From: an uncultured delta proteobacterium
GTDB taxonomy: Bacteria > Desulfobacterota > Desulfobacteria > Desulfobacterales > B30-G6
Length of the DNA: 64,000 nucleotides
Assembly (NCBI GenBank): GCA_963823335.1
Contig: CAWGLD010000001.1
Location: forward strand, 1,600,001 to 1,664,000
Reading direction: 5' to 3'
The first letter of the stretch is position 1. Every line of letters begins with the position of its first letter. Made by a program: the position numbers and the translations under genes. The notes under the pieces are model-generated. The model saw nothing but the letters and a program-made list of their open reading frames with translations. It had not been told where the DNA came from and did no database searches. Of the stretch, positions 38,934-48,681 are shown piece after piece.

Positions 38934-39058
38934 TTAACTTGAGGGTTTTGCCTTTTTTCGCCCTCTTACACCTCCTTTCTTTTTTGTGGCCCTTGTAGGA
39001 TGTAACAGGGGCCACACTATTTCAAAGGGTTGGCCAACATGTTGGTCAGCCCTTTTTT
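38934..39058 (+). ncRNA. Candidate small RNA with exposed anti-SD motif
   Basis: Promoter TTGACA-N17-TAATAA (38899-38927), three hairpins, CACCUCCUUUCU at 38969-38980, terminator hairpin with U-tail; no credible ORF. Confidence 0.55.
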
Positions 39059-39263
39059 CTTGGAATCCGTGATGCACCGGTAACGAAACCAGACAGGAGA
39101 ACACTGGGGGCTCGCGATCGCATTTGACGGATTTACCTTTTTGTGTTGTTTGAAAGGAAAATGATATATATAGCATACACTGCATTGTCTTCAGATGCTG
39201 TGATTGTGGTGAGAGAGCTTCTATCGTGATAACATTTGTCAACTCTGGTAAAGCAAATTATTT

Positions 39264-39830
39264 ATGGAAAAAAAAAGATATCTGAATGCCCAGGAGTTAT
39301 TGGATGATTCCTTTGAGCTCGGAATAAAAATATTCAAAAGCGGATTCAGACCCAGTTTTATTATCGGTGTCTGGCGCGGCGGAACGCCGGCGGCAATTGC
39401 AGTTCAGGAAATACTGGACTACCTAGGGGTTCAAACCGATCATATTGCCATTCGGACCTCCTCATATTATGGGATCGATAAAAGAAACAAAGAAATCCGT
39501 GTTCACGGGTTGGAGTATGTCGTTCGGCACGCCAACTGGGATGACGGACTGCTAATCATAGATGATGTATTCGATTCCGGCAGCAGCATTAAAGCCATCG
39601 GCGAGACGCTTCGCAGGAAGATGCGGCGTAACATTCCCAAGGACATTCGCATTGCCACCGTGTGGTTTAAGCCAAAAAGAAATATTACGGAAATCGTACC
39701 TGACTATTATATTCACGAAACCGACCAGTGGCTGGTTTTCCCTCACGAACTGGATGGCCTCAGCCGTGACGAGATATTCGCCAATAAACCGGGGTTGAAA
39801 AAGATGATCGAAGATGCGGGCTTAACCTGA
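39264..39830 (+). CDS. Type I phosphoribosyltransferase (xanthine/hypoxanthine PRT-like)
   Basis: GVWRGG, PRPP-binding LIIDDVFDSG, PDYY...WLVFPHE. Confidence 0.85.
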   Translation: MEKKRYLNAQELLDDSFELGIKIFKSGFRPSFIIGVWRGGTPAAIAVQEILDYLGVQTDHIAIRTSSYYGIDKRNKEIRVHGLEYVVRHANWDDGLLIIDDVFDSGSSIKAIGETLRRKMRRNIPKDIRIATVWFKPKRNITEIVPDYYIHETDQWLVFPHELDGLSRDEIFANKPGLKKMIEDAGLT

Positions 39831-39889
39831 GATCTAAGATGAGTAGTCGCTCAACTTAGGCGAGATCGTCATAACCAAGGAATGCGCAT

Positions 39890-41293
39890 ATGAAAACCAT
39901 CAAAAATGATCCGAAAACCTACGATGTCATCATTGTGGGTGGAGGACCGGCCGGCTTGTTTGCGGCATATTATCTGAGCGAACATTCCGATCTGGATGTG
40001 TTGCTCATCGAGAAGGGCAAAGGAATATCCCGTCGTAAATGCCCGATCAAAGAAGATCAGGGCTGTGTGAAATGCAAACCCTGCAATATCCTCTGCGGTG
40101 TCGGGGGAGCGGGTCTCTTTTCGGACGGCAAGTTGAACTACATCCATAAGCTGGGCAAGACCGACCTGACCCAGTTCATGCCCCAGCACAACGCCGAAGA
40201 TCTTATCGACGAGACCGAAAAAATATTCAACCGTTTTGGTATGGATGGCCCTGTCTACCCCACGGACATGGCCCAAGCCCGCAATATCCGTAAGCAGGCC
40301 AAACGATATGGCATCGATCTCATGATCATCAAGCAGAAACACCTGGGAAGTGACTGTCTGCCGGATCATATCGAAGGTCTTGCCAAGGAAATCAAATCAA
40401 AAGGCGTCCAGATACATACGTCCGAGGAGGTCAAAGACGTCGTCGTAAGAAATGGAGCGGTTGTGGGTGTTCTTACCAATTGCAAACGCTACAAGACCCG
40501 CAATGTCATCCTGGCGCCTGGTCGGGTGGGTGCGGAATGGGTTGGCCGCCTGGCCATGAAGCATGGTCTCGGACTGGCCCAGAGAGGTATCGAGGTAGGG
40601 GTTCGGGTGGAGGTTCACAACGACATCATGCAGGATCTGTGTGACATTATCTACGACCCGACGTTCTTTATCCAGACCGGAAAATATGACGATCAAACCC
40701 GGACATTTTGTACCAACGCAGGTGGATATGTGGCTTTGGAGAACTATACCGATTTTGTGTGTGTGAACGGCCATGCATATCTGAACCAAAAATCGCGCAA
40801 CACGAATTTTGCGTTTCTGTCCAAAGTGGTTCTCACGGAGCCAGTGACCGACAACCAGGCATACGGGGAAGCCATCGGCAGCCTGGCAAGCCTCATCGGT
40901 GGCGGTCGGCCCATTCTGCAGCGCTTCGGTGATCTGAAGCGGGGCCGACGGAGTACCTGGAACCGGGTTCAAAAAGGGTATATTGAACCGACCCTGAACA
41001 ATGTGGTGTGTGGGGATATCGCCATGGCCCTTCCAGAGAGGATTTTGACAAATATTATCGAAGGGCTCGACAAACTGAATTTCGTGGTGCCGGGTGTGTC
41101 CAACGATGAAACCCTGCTTTATGCACCGGAGATCAAATTTTTTGCCACCCAGGTAGAAACCGACAATCATCTGGAAACCAAAATAAAAGGTATGTATGTT
41201 GCCGGTGATGGTCCGGGTGTGGCCGGAAACATCGTGTCCGCCAGCGCTACCGGACTGATACCGGCCAAGGCGATTTTGGCCTCAAATCCCTGA
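39890..41293 (+). CDS. Uncharacterised FAD-dependent oxidoreductase
   Basis: GGGPAG Rossmann motif, GVGGAGLFSDGKL, RTFCTN.GG.V, VNGH, LYAPEIKF, AGDGPG. Confidence 0.85.
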   Translation: MKTIKNDPKTYDVIIVGGGPAGLFAAYYLSEHSDLDVLLIEKGKGISRRKCPIKEDQGCVKCKPCNILCGVGGAGLFSDGKLNYIHKLGKTDLTQFMPQHNAEDLIDETEKIFNRFGMDGPVYPTDMAQARNIRKQAKRYGIDLMIIKQKHLGSDCLPDHIEGLAKEIKSKGVQIHTSEEVKDVVVRNGAVVGVLTNCKRYKTRNVILAPGRVGAEWVGRLAMKHGLGLAQRGIEVGVRVEVHNDIMQDLCDIIYDPTFFIQTGKYDDQTRTFCTNAGGYVALENYTDFVCVNGHAYLNQKSRNTNFAFLSKVVLTEPVTDNQAYGEAIGSLASLIGGGRPILQRFGDLKRGRRSTWNRVQKGYIEPTLNNVVCGDIAMALPERILTNIIEGLDKLNFVVPGVSNDETLLYAPEIKFFATQVETDNHLETKIKGMYVAGDGPGVAGNIVSASATGLIPAKAILASNP

Positions 41294-41894
41294 GAAAACT
41301 GTCCACAGCCTGGTTGTAGAGCTGGTAGAAATCATCCCCCGGCAATAGGATCTCTTTCATTTTTCTGAACTGGATGAGACCATGCAGCGTTGCCCAGAGG
41401 ATAACGGCATGGCGTCTGGGGTGGGTTGTATGAAAAACACCCTGCTGACGGCCGCTATCGATAGCCGTTACCAGAATATTCAGAACCTGATTGGCGTGTT
41501 TATCGATCTGCTGCTTGAGACCGGGCTCGAAAACAGTACCCGGAGAGGACAGAAAATAATTCAAAATATCAAAATAGTCTTTGCTCTCTTCACTGAAAGC
41601 CAGGTAGGCACGGGCAATCTTGCGCAGCCGTGTCAGGGGGTCTTCGGCCTCCTTGACTGTTTCCTGTATCACCTGGGAAAGAAGTTCAAGTCCCTCTTCC
41701 TGCAGGGCGATAAAAATATCTTCCTTGCTTCCAAAATAGGAATACAGGGTTCCGACGCCTAATTCGGCTGTCTGGGCAATCCGCTTTATGGAGGCCATGG
41801 ACATGCCGTGTTTGAACAAAACCCGTCTGGCTGCATCCATGATCTGAGCGTGCCGTTCGCGTATCTCCCGTTTTCTTCTTTCCTTCAATCCCAT
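41247..41894 (-). CDS. TetR/AcrR family transcriptional regulator
   Basis: N-terminal HTH IAQTAELGVGTLYSYFGSKEDI; C-terminal LWATLHG. Confidence 0.9.
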   Translation of the reverse strand: MGLKERRKREIRERHAQIMDAARRVLFKHGMSMASIKRIAQTAELGVGTLYSYFGSKEDIFIALQEEGLELLSQVIQETVKEAEDPLTRLRKIARAYLAFSEESKDYFDILNYFLSSPGTVFEPGLKQQIDKHANQVLNILVTAIDSGRQQGVFHTTHPRRHAVILWATLHGLIQFRKMKEILLPGDDFYQLYNQAVDSFLRDLRPKSPWPVSVR

Positions 41895-41921
41895 GTTACG
41901 TATATAATAAGTCCTAAATAA

Positions 41922-41962
41922 GCGGCGTAGCCGCGTCCGATAAAATCACGCAGTGATTTTAT
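41922..41962. repeat. Double-hairpin repeat, copy 3, with compensatory substitutions
   Basis: GCGGC-gta-GCCGC-gtccg-ATAAAATCAC-gca-GTGATTTTAT. Confidence 0.8.
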
Positions 41963-42867
41963 TCTGGAAGTGCAAAGCGCGTAAAGATAAAGGCCGTAAT
42001 GAGCCCGGCCACAATATGCCAGATGCCCCACCATCCCACCAGGATGGCCATACCTCCCAGACCTCCAAAAAAATTGAATACCAGCACCAGGCCCAGGGCC
42101 GAGTTTTGGATGCCTACTTCAATGGCCACGGCCCGTGAATCTCTTTCCGGCAGACGGAACAGCCGTGCCGACCAGTACCCGATATTCAATGCCAGAGCAT
42201 TGTGCAGCAGCACCACCAGGATGACCAGTCCGATGACGTCGAGAAAGATTTTCCAGTTGGCGGCCAGGGCGCCCAGGACGATCAGCATAAAGAAAACCAG
42301 CGTAAAAATTTTAAATGGCTTGCGAACCTTGTCGGCCAGGTTCGGGAAGATCCGGGACAGGAAGATCCCGATGGCAAGGGGGATGCCCAGGATGATAAAG
42401 ACGGTGAAGAAAACATCCATGGGGCTCAGACTCACTTTCTGGAGAATCGGTGCTGTATCCGGATTGAGACTGCCCCAGAGGGCCAGATTCAGGGGTGTCA
42501 TGACGATGGCCGCAAGGGTGGAAACAGCGGTCATGCTGATGGAAATGGCCGTGTTTCCTTTGGCCAGATAGGTCATCAGGTTCGACAGATTCCCACCCGG
42601 GCATGCCGCCACCAGGATCATTCCCAGGGCGATTGACGGCAGCGGCTTGATGATCAGGGTCAGCAGGAAGGTGAATGCCGGGAGCAGGATGAACTGAGCT
42701 ACCAGACCGATGGCCGGTGCCTTGGGTGCCTTGATGATTCGCCTGAAGTCTTCCAGTTTCAGATCGATGGCAACACCAAGCATCATCAGACCGATGGCTA
42801 TATTGATGACAAGCAATCCCTGGGCATTGAAATTGAGACGAATCTGATCGATGACGACGGGGTCCAT
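41959..42867 (-). CDS. Bile acid:sodium symporter (BASS/SBF) family transporter
   Basis: Multiple TM helices, AQFILLP, ACPGGNLSN, IEVGIQNSAL. Confidence 0.9.
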   Translation of the reverse strand: MDPVVIDQIRLNFNAQGLLVINIAIGLMMLGVAIDLKLEDFRRIIKAPKAPAIGLVAQFILLPAFTFLLTLIIKPLPSIALGMILVAACPGGNLSNLMTYLAKGNTAISISMTAVSTLAAIVMTPLNLALWGSLNPDTAPILQKVSLSPMDVFFTVFIILGIPLAIGIFLSRIFPNLADKVRKPFKIFTLVFFMLIVLGALAANWKIFLDVIGLVILVVLLHNALALNIGYWSARLFRLPERDSRAVAIEVGIQNSALGLVLVFNFFGGLGGMAILVGWWGIWHIVAGLITAFIFTRFALPE

Positions 42868-42944
42868 AATTGTCTCTCCTAAATTGAATTTAAAGTTTTA
42901 TCAGCATGAGGGGAAATAAACATCATGCAGTGGAAGCAAATAAT

Positions 42945-43160
42945 AGGGTTGGAGGGTTTGAGGCTTGTAGGGTTCAAGTAAATAGCTGTGAGCCATAAGC
43001 ATTAAGCTGCTTAAGGCTTAGAGCTTATGGCTTAAATCTCCACCCTCCACACTTCCAACCCACTTTAACCTTTTAGGGGTTTAGACTATTAGGTACTCTC
43101 TGCCAACAGCCGTTAGCCACCCTCGAACCCTTGTACCCCCCTTGGACCCTCGGACCCTTT
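42945..43160. repeat. Composite repeat block (G-rich/C-rich arms around a heptamer palindrome)
   Basis: agggttggagggtttgagg..., gccataagcattaagc/gcttaaggcttagagcttatggc, ccttttaggggtttagactattagg, gccaccctcgaacccttgtacccc. Confidence 0.7.
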
Positions 43161-43163
43161 GTT

Positions 43164-44894
43164 TTACTCCATCTTCCCCGTCCGTGCCGCTGCCCAGAGC
43201 CAGTTGCCCGGTGGATCCACATTGGCTTCCGGGTCCACCACCGCATGAATGACTGCTGGTTTTCCCGACTGGACAGCACGTTCCAGGGCAGGACGAATTT
43301 CGGCAGCGGTTTCCACGTACTCTCCATGGCAGCCCATAGCGACGGCTACCTGGTCATAGCGGACCGGTGCATGATCATGACCGAACCAGTCAGCTTCCCG
43401 GCCGAATTGTCTCAGCTGGGCACTTTTTTCCATGCCATAAGCACCGTCCACAGCAACGATGATGATGACCGGCAGCTTGTTGCGTACGGCGGTTTCGAGT
43501 TCCTGTATATTGAATCCAAAGGCACTGTCACCGGTGACGCAGTAGACATGTCTGTCCGGGAAGGCCAGTTTGGCGCCTATGGCATAAGGTAGACCGGTTC
43601 CCAGATGACCGTAATTCATGGAATAGATCACCGAACGCTGCTTTCGGGCCAGGTGGTAGTGGATATCCCACAGGGTTGTGTTGCCGCCGTCCATGACAAA
43701 GATGGCATCCTCGTCAAAGAAGGTATTGCAGGCCGTCAGGATTTGGCCGGTCAGCATGGGTTTTTGGTGTGTATCGGCTACCAGAGTATCGAGTTCTTTC
43801 TGCCACTCATCCTGGATCATCCGCAACTCAGCAACTTTTTCGTGGGGCAGGCGTTTTGCGGTCAATGCTTTGACGGCTGCCACCAGTTGCGAGAGGATGC
43901 ATTTGGCATCGCCGATCAGGGGGATGTCCGTGGGCTTGTTGAGACCGATATGTGTTGGCTCGGTATCGATCTGGATGAGCTTTTGTTTGTCGGGTTCTCC
44001 GAACATGGGGGGCTTTCCCCACATGTTCAATTCGCCCAGGCGTGTTCCAACCGCCAGGACCAGATCGGCCTGAGCGTTGGCGAGGATACGAGACATGCAG
44101 GTGGGATGAAAACTGAGCGCATGCGTATCCGGTATGATACCCCTGGCCCGAATAGTCGCCGTGACCGGGCATCCCAGGTATTCCGCCAGCTCAAGAACTT
44201 CTTCTCCTGCGCCTGCGCGCTCGGCGCCGTTGCCGCAGTGGATGTTGACCAGCTCTGCATTTACCAGCATTTCTGCTGCCTGGCGAATCAGAACCGGATC
44301 GGCAGGGGTTGGGGATGTAACACGGTATTTTTCCGGGGGCCAGATACCGACCGTCGCTTGATCCCCTTTCTGGCTGATGATATCTTCGGGTATGAGCACA
44401 TGGGTCGGACCTGGTCGACCGGATGTCGCCATCCGGAAGGCATGGCGGATCATATCAGGAATCCGGGCCCAGTGATCGACCTTTCCATTCCATTTGACAG
44501 CCGGTTTGAATATGTCCAGGTGGTGGCTTACCTGCATGCCGCCCTGATGTACGTAGGAATCGGATATGTCGCTGCGGCGGGTGGTCGTAATGGCAACAAC
44601 CGGGCTTCCTTCGGCCTGGGCACACATGAGTCCTGCCAGAAGATTTGCGGCGCCGGGACCGGCACATGCCATAACCACGGCGGGTTTCCCGGTAACACGG
44701 GTGTAGGCGTCACAGGCATGGGCTGCGGCGGCTTCATGTCGGGGTACGATGAGTTTGATGCCCAGTTCTTCCCCCAGGCGTTCGATGGCTTCGATGACCA
44801 TCATGTAGGTTCCGTCGGTAATGGCATTGACATATCGGATACCTTCTGCATGAAGGCATCTCAGCAGCAGTTCTCCACCGGTAATTTCGGACAT
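43164..44894 (-). CDS. ThDP-dependent enzyme, acetolactate synthase-like superfamily (2-hydroxyacyl-CoA lyase/oxalyl-CoA decarboxylase-like)
   Basis: RHEAAA catalytic Glu, GPGAAN, SGRPGP, GHLGTGLPYAIGA, GDSAFGF...ELETA. Confidence 0.85.
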   Translation of the reverse strand: MSEITGGELLLRCLHAEGIRYVNAITDGTYMMVIEAIERLGEELGIKLIVPRHEAAAAHACDAYTRVTGKPAVVMACAGPGAANLLAGLMCAQAEGSPVVAITTTRRSDISDSYVHQGGMQVSHHLDIFKPAVKWNGKVDHWARIPDMIRHAFRMATSGRPGPTHVLIPEDIISQKGDQATVGIWPPEKYRVTSPTPADPVLIRQAAEMLVNAELVNIHCGNGAERAGAGEEVLELAEYLGCPVTATIRARGIIPDTHALSFHPTCMSRILANAQADLVLAVGTRLGELNMWGKPPMFGEPDKQKLIQIDTEPTHIGLNKPTDIPLIGDAKCILSQLVAAVKALTAKRLPHEKVAELRMIQDEWQKELDTLVADTHQKPMLTGQILTACNTFFDEDAIFVMDGGNTTLWDIHYHLARKQRSVIYSMNYGHLGTGLPYAIGAKLAFPDRHVYCVTGDSAFGFNIQELETAVRNKLPVIIIVAVDGAYGMEKSAQLRQFGREADWFGHDHAPVRYDQVAVAMGCHGEYVETAAEIRPALERAVQSGKPAVIHAVVDPEANVDPPGNWLWAAARTGKME

Positions 44895-44979
44895 TGGTTT
44901 CTCCTCTTTGGTTTGTGGATGTATATCATTTTGAAGCTGGTGTTCAAATCATCACATGGCGCTGGTAATGCGTATCATT

Positions 44980-45085
44980 TTAAGAGCTGTAAGCAATAAG
45001 CTGCAAAAAGGGTAGGGTCACCATGGGATCGTTGTACTGAAACCCGTTAACAGCTTATGGCTTACCGCTTATTGCTAAGCGCTAA
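44980..45085. repeat. Heptamer repeat arms around a CCATGGGATC...TGAAACCCG core (core also at 6529-6569)
   Basis: gctgtaagcaataagc ... cagcttatggcttaccgcttattgcta. Confidence 0.7.
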
Positions 45086-45089
45086 AAGT

Positions 45090-45923
45090 CTATAGCTCCA
45101 TGGTCTGTCCCCCTGTGATGTTGAGGGCCTGACCGGTCATGTAACTTGATTCACCCGAAGCCAGGAATGCCACTGTGTTGGCCACTTCATCAGCTGTACC
45201 GAGCCTTCCCAGGGGAATTTCCTTGCATTTCTCGGCGATGCGTTCTTCTGCTGTGGCATTGAAAAACTGGGCCTCCAGGTCAAAGCGCCACTGAGTGAAG
45301 TCGGTCATGATAACGCCCGGGCAAACAGCATTGACACGGATACCGCTTCCGGCCAACTCCAGGGCCATGACTTTTGTCATCATGAGAACGCCTGCCTTGG
45401 CTGCCGCATAGGACCCGTTGAACAGGGGCGGCTTTTTTGCAGCCTGGGAGGCGGCGTTGATGATGCTGCCACCGTTTTTTAGCATCAACGGCACTACGGC
45501 TTTGGACACGCGGAAAACACCGTGGAGGTTGACATCGATGGTTTTCATCCAGGCGTCGTCGTCATAAGTGTGTATGGTGTTGGGGACGCCGAATACCGTA
45601 CCGGCATTGTTACAGAGAATATGGATGCTGCTGAATTCTTCTGCAAGCACAGCGGCCATGTTCTGCACGGACTCAGAACTGGTGACATCGAGATCCAGGG
45701 CTATTGTCCGGACTTTGAAGGTTTCACCCAGGTCTTTTGCCAGCCTTGCGAGCTGTGCTTTGTTGCTGGTGAGGAGGGGGTCGTTTTCTTGTGCCTTGGC
45801 CAGATCAGCCAGGGCAACGTTGGCACCGCAGGCCGCCAGTTTTCTGGCAATAGCGTACCCGATGCCTGTTTTTTTGCCTGCCCCGGTGATGAGGGCATTC
45901 TTACCTTTCAAATCCTTGTACAC
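45090..45923 (-). CDS. Short-chain dehydrogenase/reductase
   Basis: TGAG...GIG, NNAG, YAAAK, RVNAVCPG, YMTGQ. GTG start. Confidence 0.92.
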   Translation of the reverse strand: MYKDLKGKNALITGAGKKTGIGYAIARKLAACGANVALADLAKAQENDPLLTSNKAQLARLAKDLGETFKVRTIALDLDVTSSESVQNMAAVLAEEFSSIHILCNNAGTVFGVPNTIHTYDDDAWMKTIDVNLHGVFRVSKAVVPLMLKNGGSIINAASQAAKKPPLFNGSYAAAKAGVLMMTKVMALELAGSGIRVNAVCPGVIMTDFTQWRFDLEAQFFNATAEERIAEKCKEIPLGRLGTADEVANTVAFLASGESSYMTGQALNITGGQTMEL

Positions 45924-46033
45924 GGGTTCCCCCTTTACAGTTCAGGGTCAAAATGATAGACGGGAAAGATGATCGAACGAGGTTCGATAACTGAATATAA
46001 ATTGGATATCGAACGATAGTCAAGATCAAATCG

Positions 46034-46654
46034 TTAAAGGATAAGGACGTCGACCTTGCCGGCCAGTTTGTCTCTGAAATGGGTTGCATCGGATTGATCG
46101 CCGACAATGGCACCATAATGCATGGGGATGGCGAGCGTGGGCTTGATGGCCAGGGCTGCCTCAACCGCTTCATCAGCGTTCATGACATAGGTTCCGGACA
46201 CAGGCAGGAGAGCGATGTCGACCTTTAGATCCTTCATCTCCGGGATGAAATCACTGTCACCGGCGTGATAGATTCTGACCCCGTCGATATCCAGGATAAA
46301 GCCAAGCCATCTGTTTGCTTTGGGATGGAAATCCTTGTTGGTGTTGTAAGCGGGTACGGTCTCCACGGTCAGTCCATCCAGAGACAGGTGTTCTCCCGGC
46401 GTCATCACCCGCACATCTCCGGACAGTTTTTTTGCAGAATCCTTTTCGGTAATGATGACGGTTCCGGGCTGTTGTATCTTGGTGACATCTTCGGGAGAAC
46501 AATGGTCGAAATGCTCATGGGTTATCAGAATGAGGTCTGCAGGTTTACCCCCATCGATCTGGTAGGGGTCGATATAGATGCATATCGATGCGTCGATTCT
46601 GAAGCTGTCGTGACCCAGCCAAACAATGTTATGTTTCATCTTCTGGATATTCAT
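46034..46654 (-). CDS. MBL-fold metallo-hydrolase
   Basis: WLGHDSF, ITHEHFDH, YHAGDSD, IPMHYG. Confidence 0.9.
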   Translation of the reverse strand: MNIQKMKHNIVWLGHDSFRIDASICIYIDPYQIDGGKPADLILITHEHFDHCSPEDVTKIQQPGTVIITEKDSAKKLSGDVRVMTPGEHLSLDGLTVETVPAYNTNKDFHPKANRWLGFILDIDGVRIYHAGDSDFIPEMKDLKVDIALLPVSGTYVMNADEAVEAALAIKPTLAIPMHYGAIVGDQSDATHFRDKLAGKVDVLIL

Positions 46655-46670
46655 TCTTTACCTCCTTGTG

Positions 46671-47663
46671 TTAAAGTCCTAACGCCGGTGTCCAGACATA
46701 GTAGAACCCGGGTGAGAGGTGGGTTGCTGTGTTCTGGAACCCCAGGTCGAGTAAAGGCTTTGCCTGAATATTGGCACGGGTGGTCAAGGGATTGTAGAGA
46801 TTGTCATTCGGAAACTGGGTCCGTCGATAGACCACGATTTTTGCTTTTTCAGGGAGTCCCGAAATTTTCAGGGCTTCTGCTACGGCATCATCCAGATATC
46901 CGATTTTATCGATGAGTCCCAGGGCCTTGGCCTCGACCGGCAGATAGACCCTTGCTGTGGATATCGTGGACAGAAGGGTCTCTTCCAGACCGCGATGCTT
47001 TGCCACGAGCTTCAGAAATTGATCTGCAAGACCGTCGGTCAAATCCTGCAACATCTGCGTTTCTTCTGCTGTCGGCCGGCGGAATGGTGAGCCCATATCC
47101 TTGTTTTTACCTGACTTGTTGACGTCCATGGTAAAACCGAGTTTGTCGATGAGTCCTGTGACATTGGGCCGCATGAATACCACGCCGATGGAGCCGGTGA
47201 TGGTTGTCGGATGGGCAAAGATTACATCTGCCGGAAGGGATACATAATAACCGCCTGAGGCGGCGATATCCATCATAGATACCACGATTTTGGCTTGGGT
47301 GCGCTCTTTGAAGACCCGGATTTCATTGTAGAGGATATCACTGGCGGTGGCTGTTCCGCCGGGGGAGTCCACTTTCAGGAGAAGACATTTTATTTCTTTA
47401 TCTTTTTCAGCCATGCGCAGTTGAGAAATAACCTCCTGAACCATACTCGGCATTGTTCGCAGCATACCTTCCCGGGGACGGGTGGAAATGACCCCCTGCA
47501 GGGATACAACCAGTACCTTCCCTTTTTCCGTTCCCTGCAATACCGATTCCTTGAGTGGATCCGAGGCATCAGAAAACAGCTTTACCTGCGGTGCGGCACA
47601 TCCACCTATGATTAGGATAAGGAAGCTTGTCAGTATCAGGATAATAAACCCTATTCGATTCAT
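46671..47663 (-). CDS. sppA: Signal peptide peptidase SppA (S49), lipoprotein
   Basis: Lipobox IGGC, DSPGG, AASGGYY, TGSIGV, KSGKNKD.GSPF. Confidence 0.9.
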   Translation of the reverse strand: MNRIGFIILILTSFLILIIGGCAAPQVKLFSDASDPLKESVLQGTEKGKVLVVSLQGVISTRPREGMLRTMPSMVQEVISQLRMAEKDKEIKCLLLKVDSPGGTATASDILYNEIRVFKERTQAKIVVSMMDIAASGGYYVSLPADVIFAHPTTITGSIGVVFMRPNVTGLIDKLGFTMDVNKSGKNKDMGSPFRRPTAEETQMLQDLTDGLADQFLKLVAKHRGLEETLLSTISTARVYLPVEAKALGLIDKIGYLDDAVAEALKISGLPEKAKIVVYRRTQFPNDNLYNPLTTRANIQAKPLLDLGFQNTATHLSPGFYYVWTPALGL

Positions 47664-47787
47664 CTGTTTCCTCCGGTTATTTATGGTTGTAGATGTTCAT
47701 GGTTAACCCGTTTGGTAGACATGCCGACGAACAATGACGGCAATTTTACTAAATTGCTTTTCTCCTGTCAAAGTATTCCGCCAAACG

Positions 47788-48681
47788 CTATGGTCGTCGC
47801 CATAAAGATGTTCCGATATTGGTCAAATATACACCCAGACTGACCATGGCGGCCCCTGCCAGAAGGGAGATGGTAATGGGCTCGTCCAGAAACAGGAAGG
47901 CCAGAATGATGGCACTGATGGGAACAAAATTGATGAACAGGCTGGCCTTGGAAGGCCCCAGTTTGTTGATACCCTCATAATACCACACAAAACCCAGGAC
48001 CGTGCCGAAGAAGCCCAGATAGAAAAGGCTGAACCAGTTTGCCGGGGTGTAATCGAAGATATTCGTGGACACGCCTTCGGCCAAGGCGGCCGGAAACAGC
48101 AATATGGCGCCAATGACCGAGGCATAAGTAACTGCTTCAATCGCAGAAACATCCTGCATGACGCGTTTGCCGATCAAAGAATAGGTCACCCAGCTCAGGA
48201 CGGATAAAAAGATAAAAAGTTCACCAAGTCCAAAACTCTCCGTCAGCATGCCCTGGAGATTTCCTCGGGATATGGCAACCATGGCACCGCTTACAGATAT
48301 CAGTATGCCGACGATTTTGACGGTATTTAATTTTTCTTTAAACAGGAAAAATGAGGCGATGGTAATGAAAATTGGGTTGTTTGCAATAATGAGAGATGCC
48401 CTGCCTGCATGGATGAGATGCAGTCCTTTAAAGAAGAACACGTTATAGGAAAAGACCCCCGTGAGACCGAGCAGCAGCAGATAGAACATTTTTTCCTTTT
48501 GTATTGGACGGAAGCGGCCTTGCATTCGATAGGTCATAAACAAGAGCGGGATCGCAGCGATGGCAAACCGCAGAAAGGCGGCGGAAAAAGGCGCCACATT
48601 GTCTGACAGCGCCCTCCCGGCAATGAAGGTTCCCCCCCAGAATATGGCTGTCAGGAGCAGCTTGAAATGGATGAGTTTCAT
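47788..48681 (-). CDS. DMT/EamA family transporter
   Basis: About 10 TM segments; FWGGTFIAG, LRF, NFVP..AI...LFL.E. Confidence 0.88.
   Translation of the reverse strand: MKLIHFKLLLTAIFWGGTFIAGRALSDNVAPFSAAFLRFAIAAIPLLFMTYRMQGRFRPIQKEKMFYLLLLGLTGVFSYNVFFFKGLHLIHAGRASLIIANNPIFITIASFFLFKEKLNTVKIVGILISVSGAMVAISRGNLQGMLTESFGLGELFIFLSVLSWVTYSLIGKRVMQDVSAIEAVTYASVIGAILLFPAALAEGVSTNIFDYTPANWFSLFYLGFFGTVLGFVWYYEGINKLGPSKASLFINFVPISAIILAFLFLDEPITISLLAGAAMVSLGVYLTNIGTSLWRRP

Noticed and set aside
41247-41293. 47-bp convergent overlap of tetR and the FAD oxidoreductase
   Set aside because: Short tail-to-tail overlaps are common; nothing indicates a function.
43605-44999. 464-aa plus-strand ORF and similar long antisense ORFs (28421-29191, 29702-30493, 40397-41170)
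   Set aside because: They overlap well-supported genes on the opposite strand and have no recognisable motifs.
2211-45085. Heptamer and other short repeats as a CRISPR array
   Set aside because: No constant 23-47 bp repeats with unique spacers, and no cas genes.
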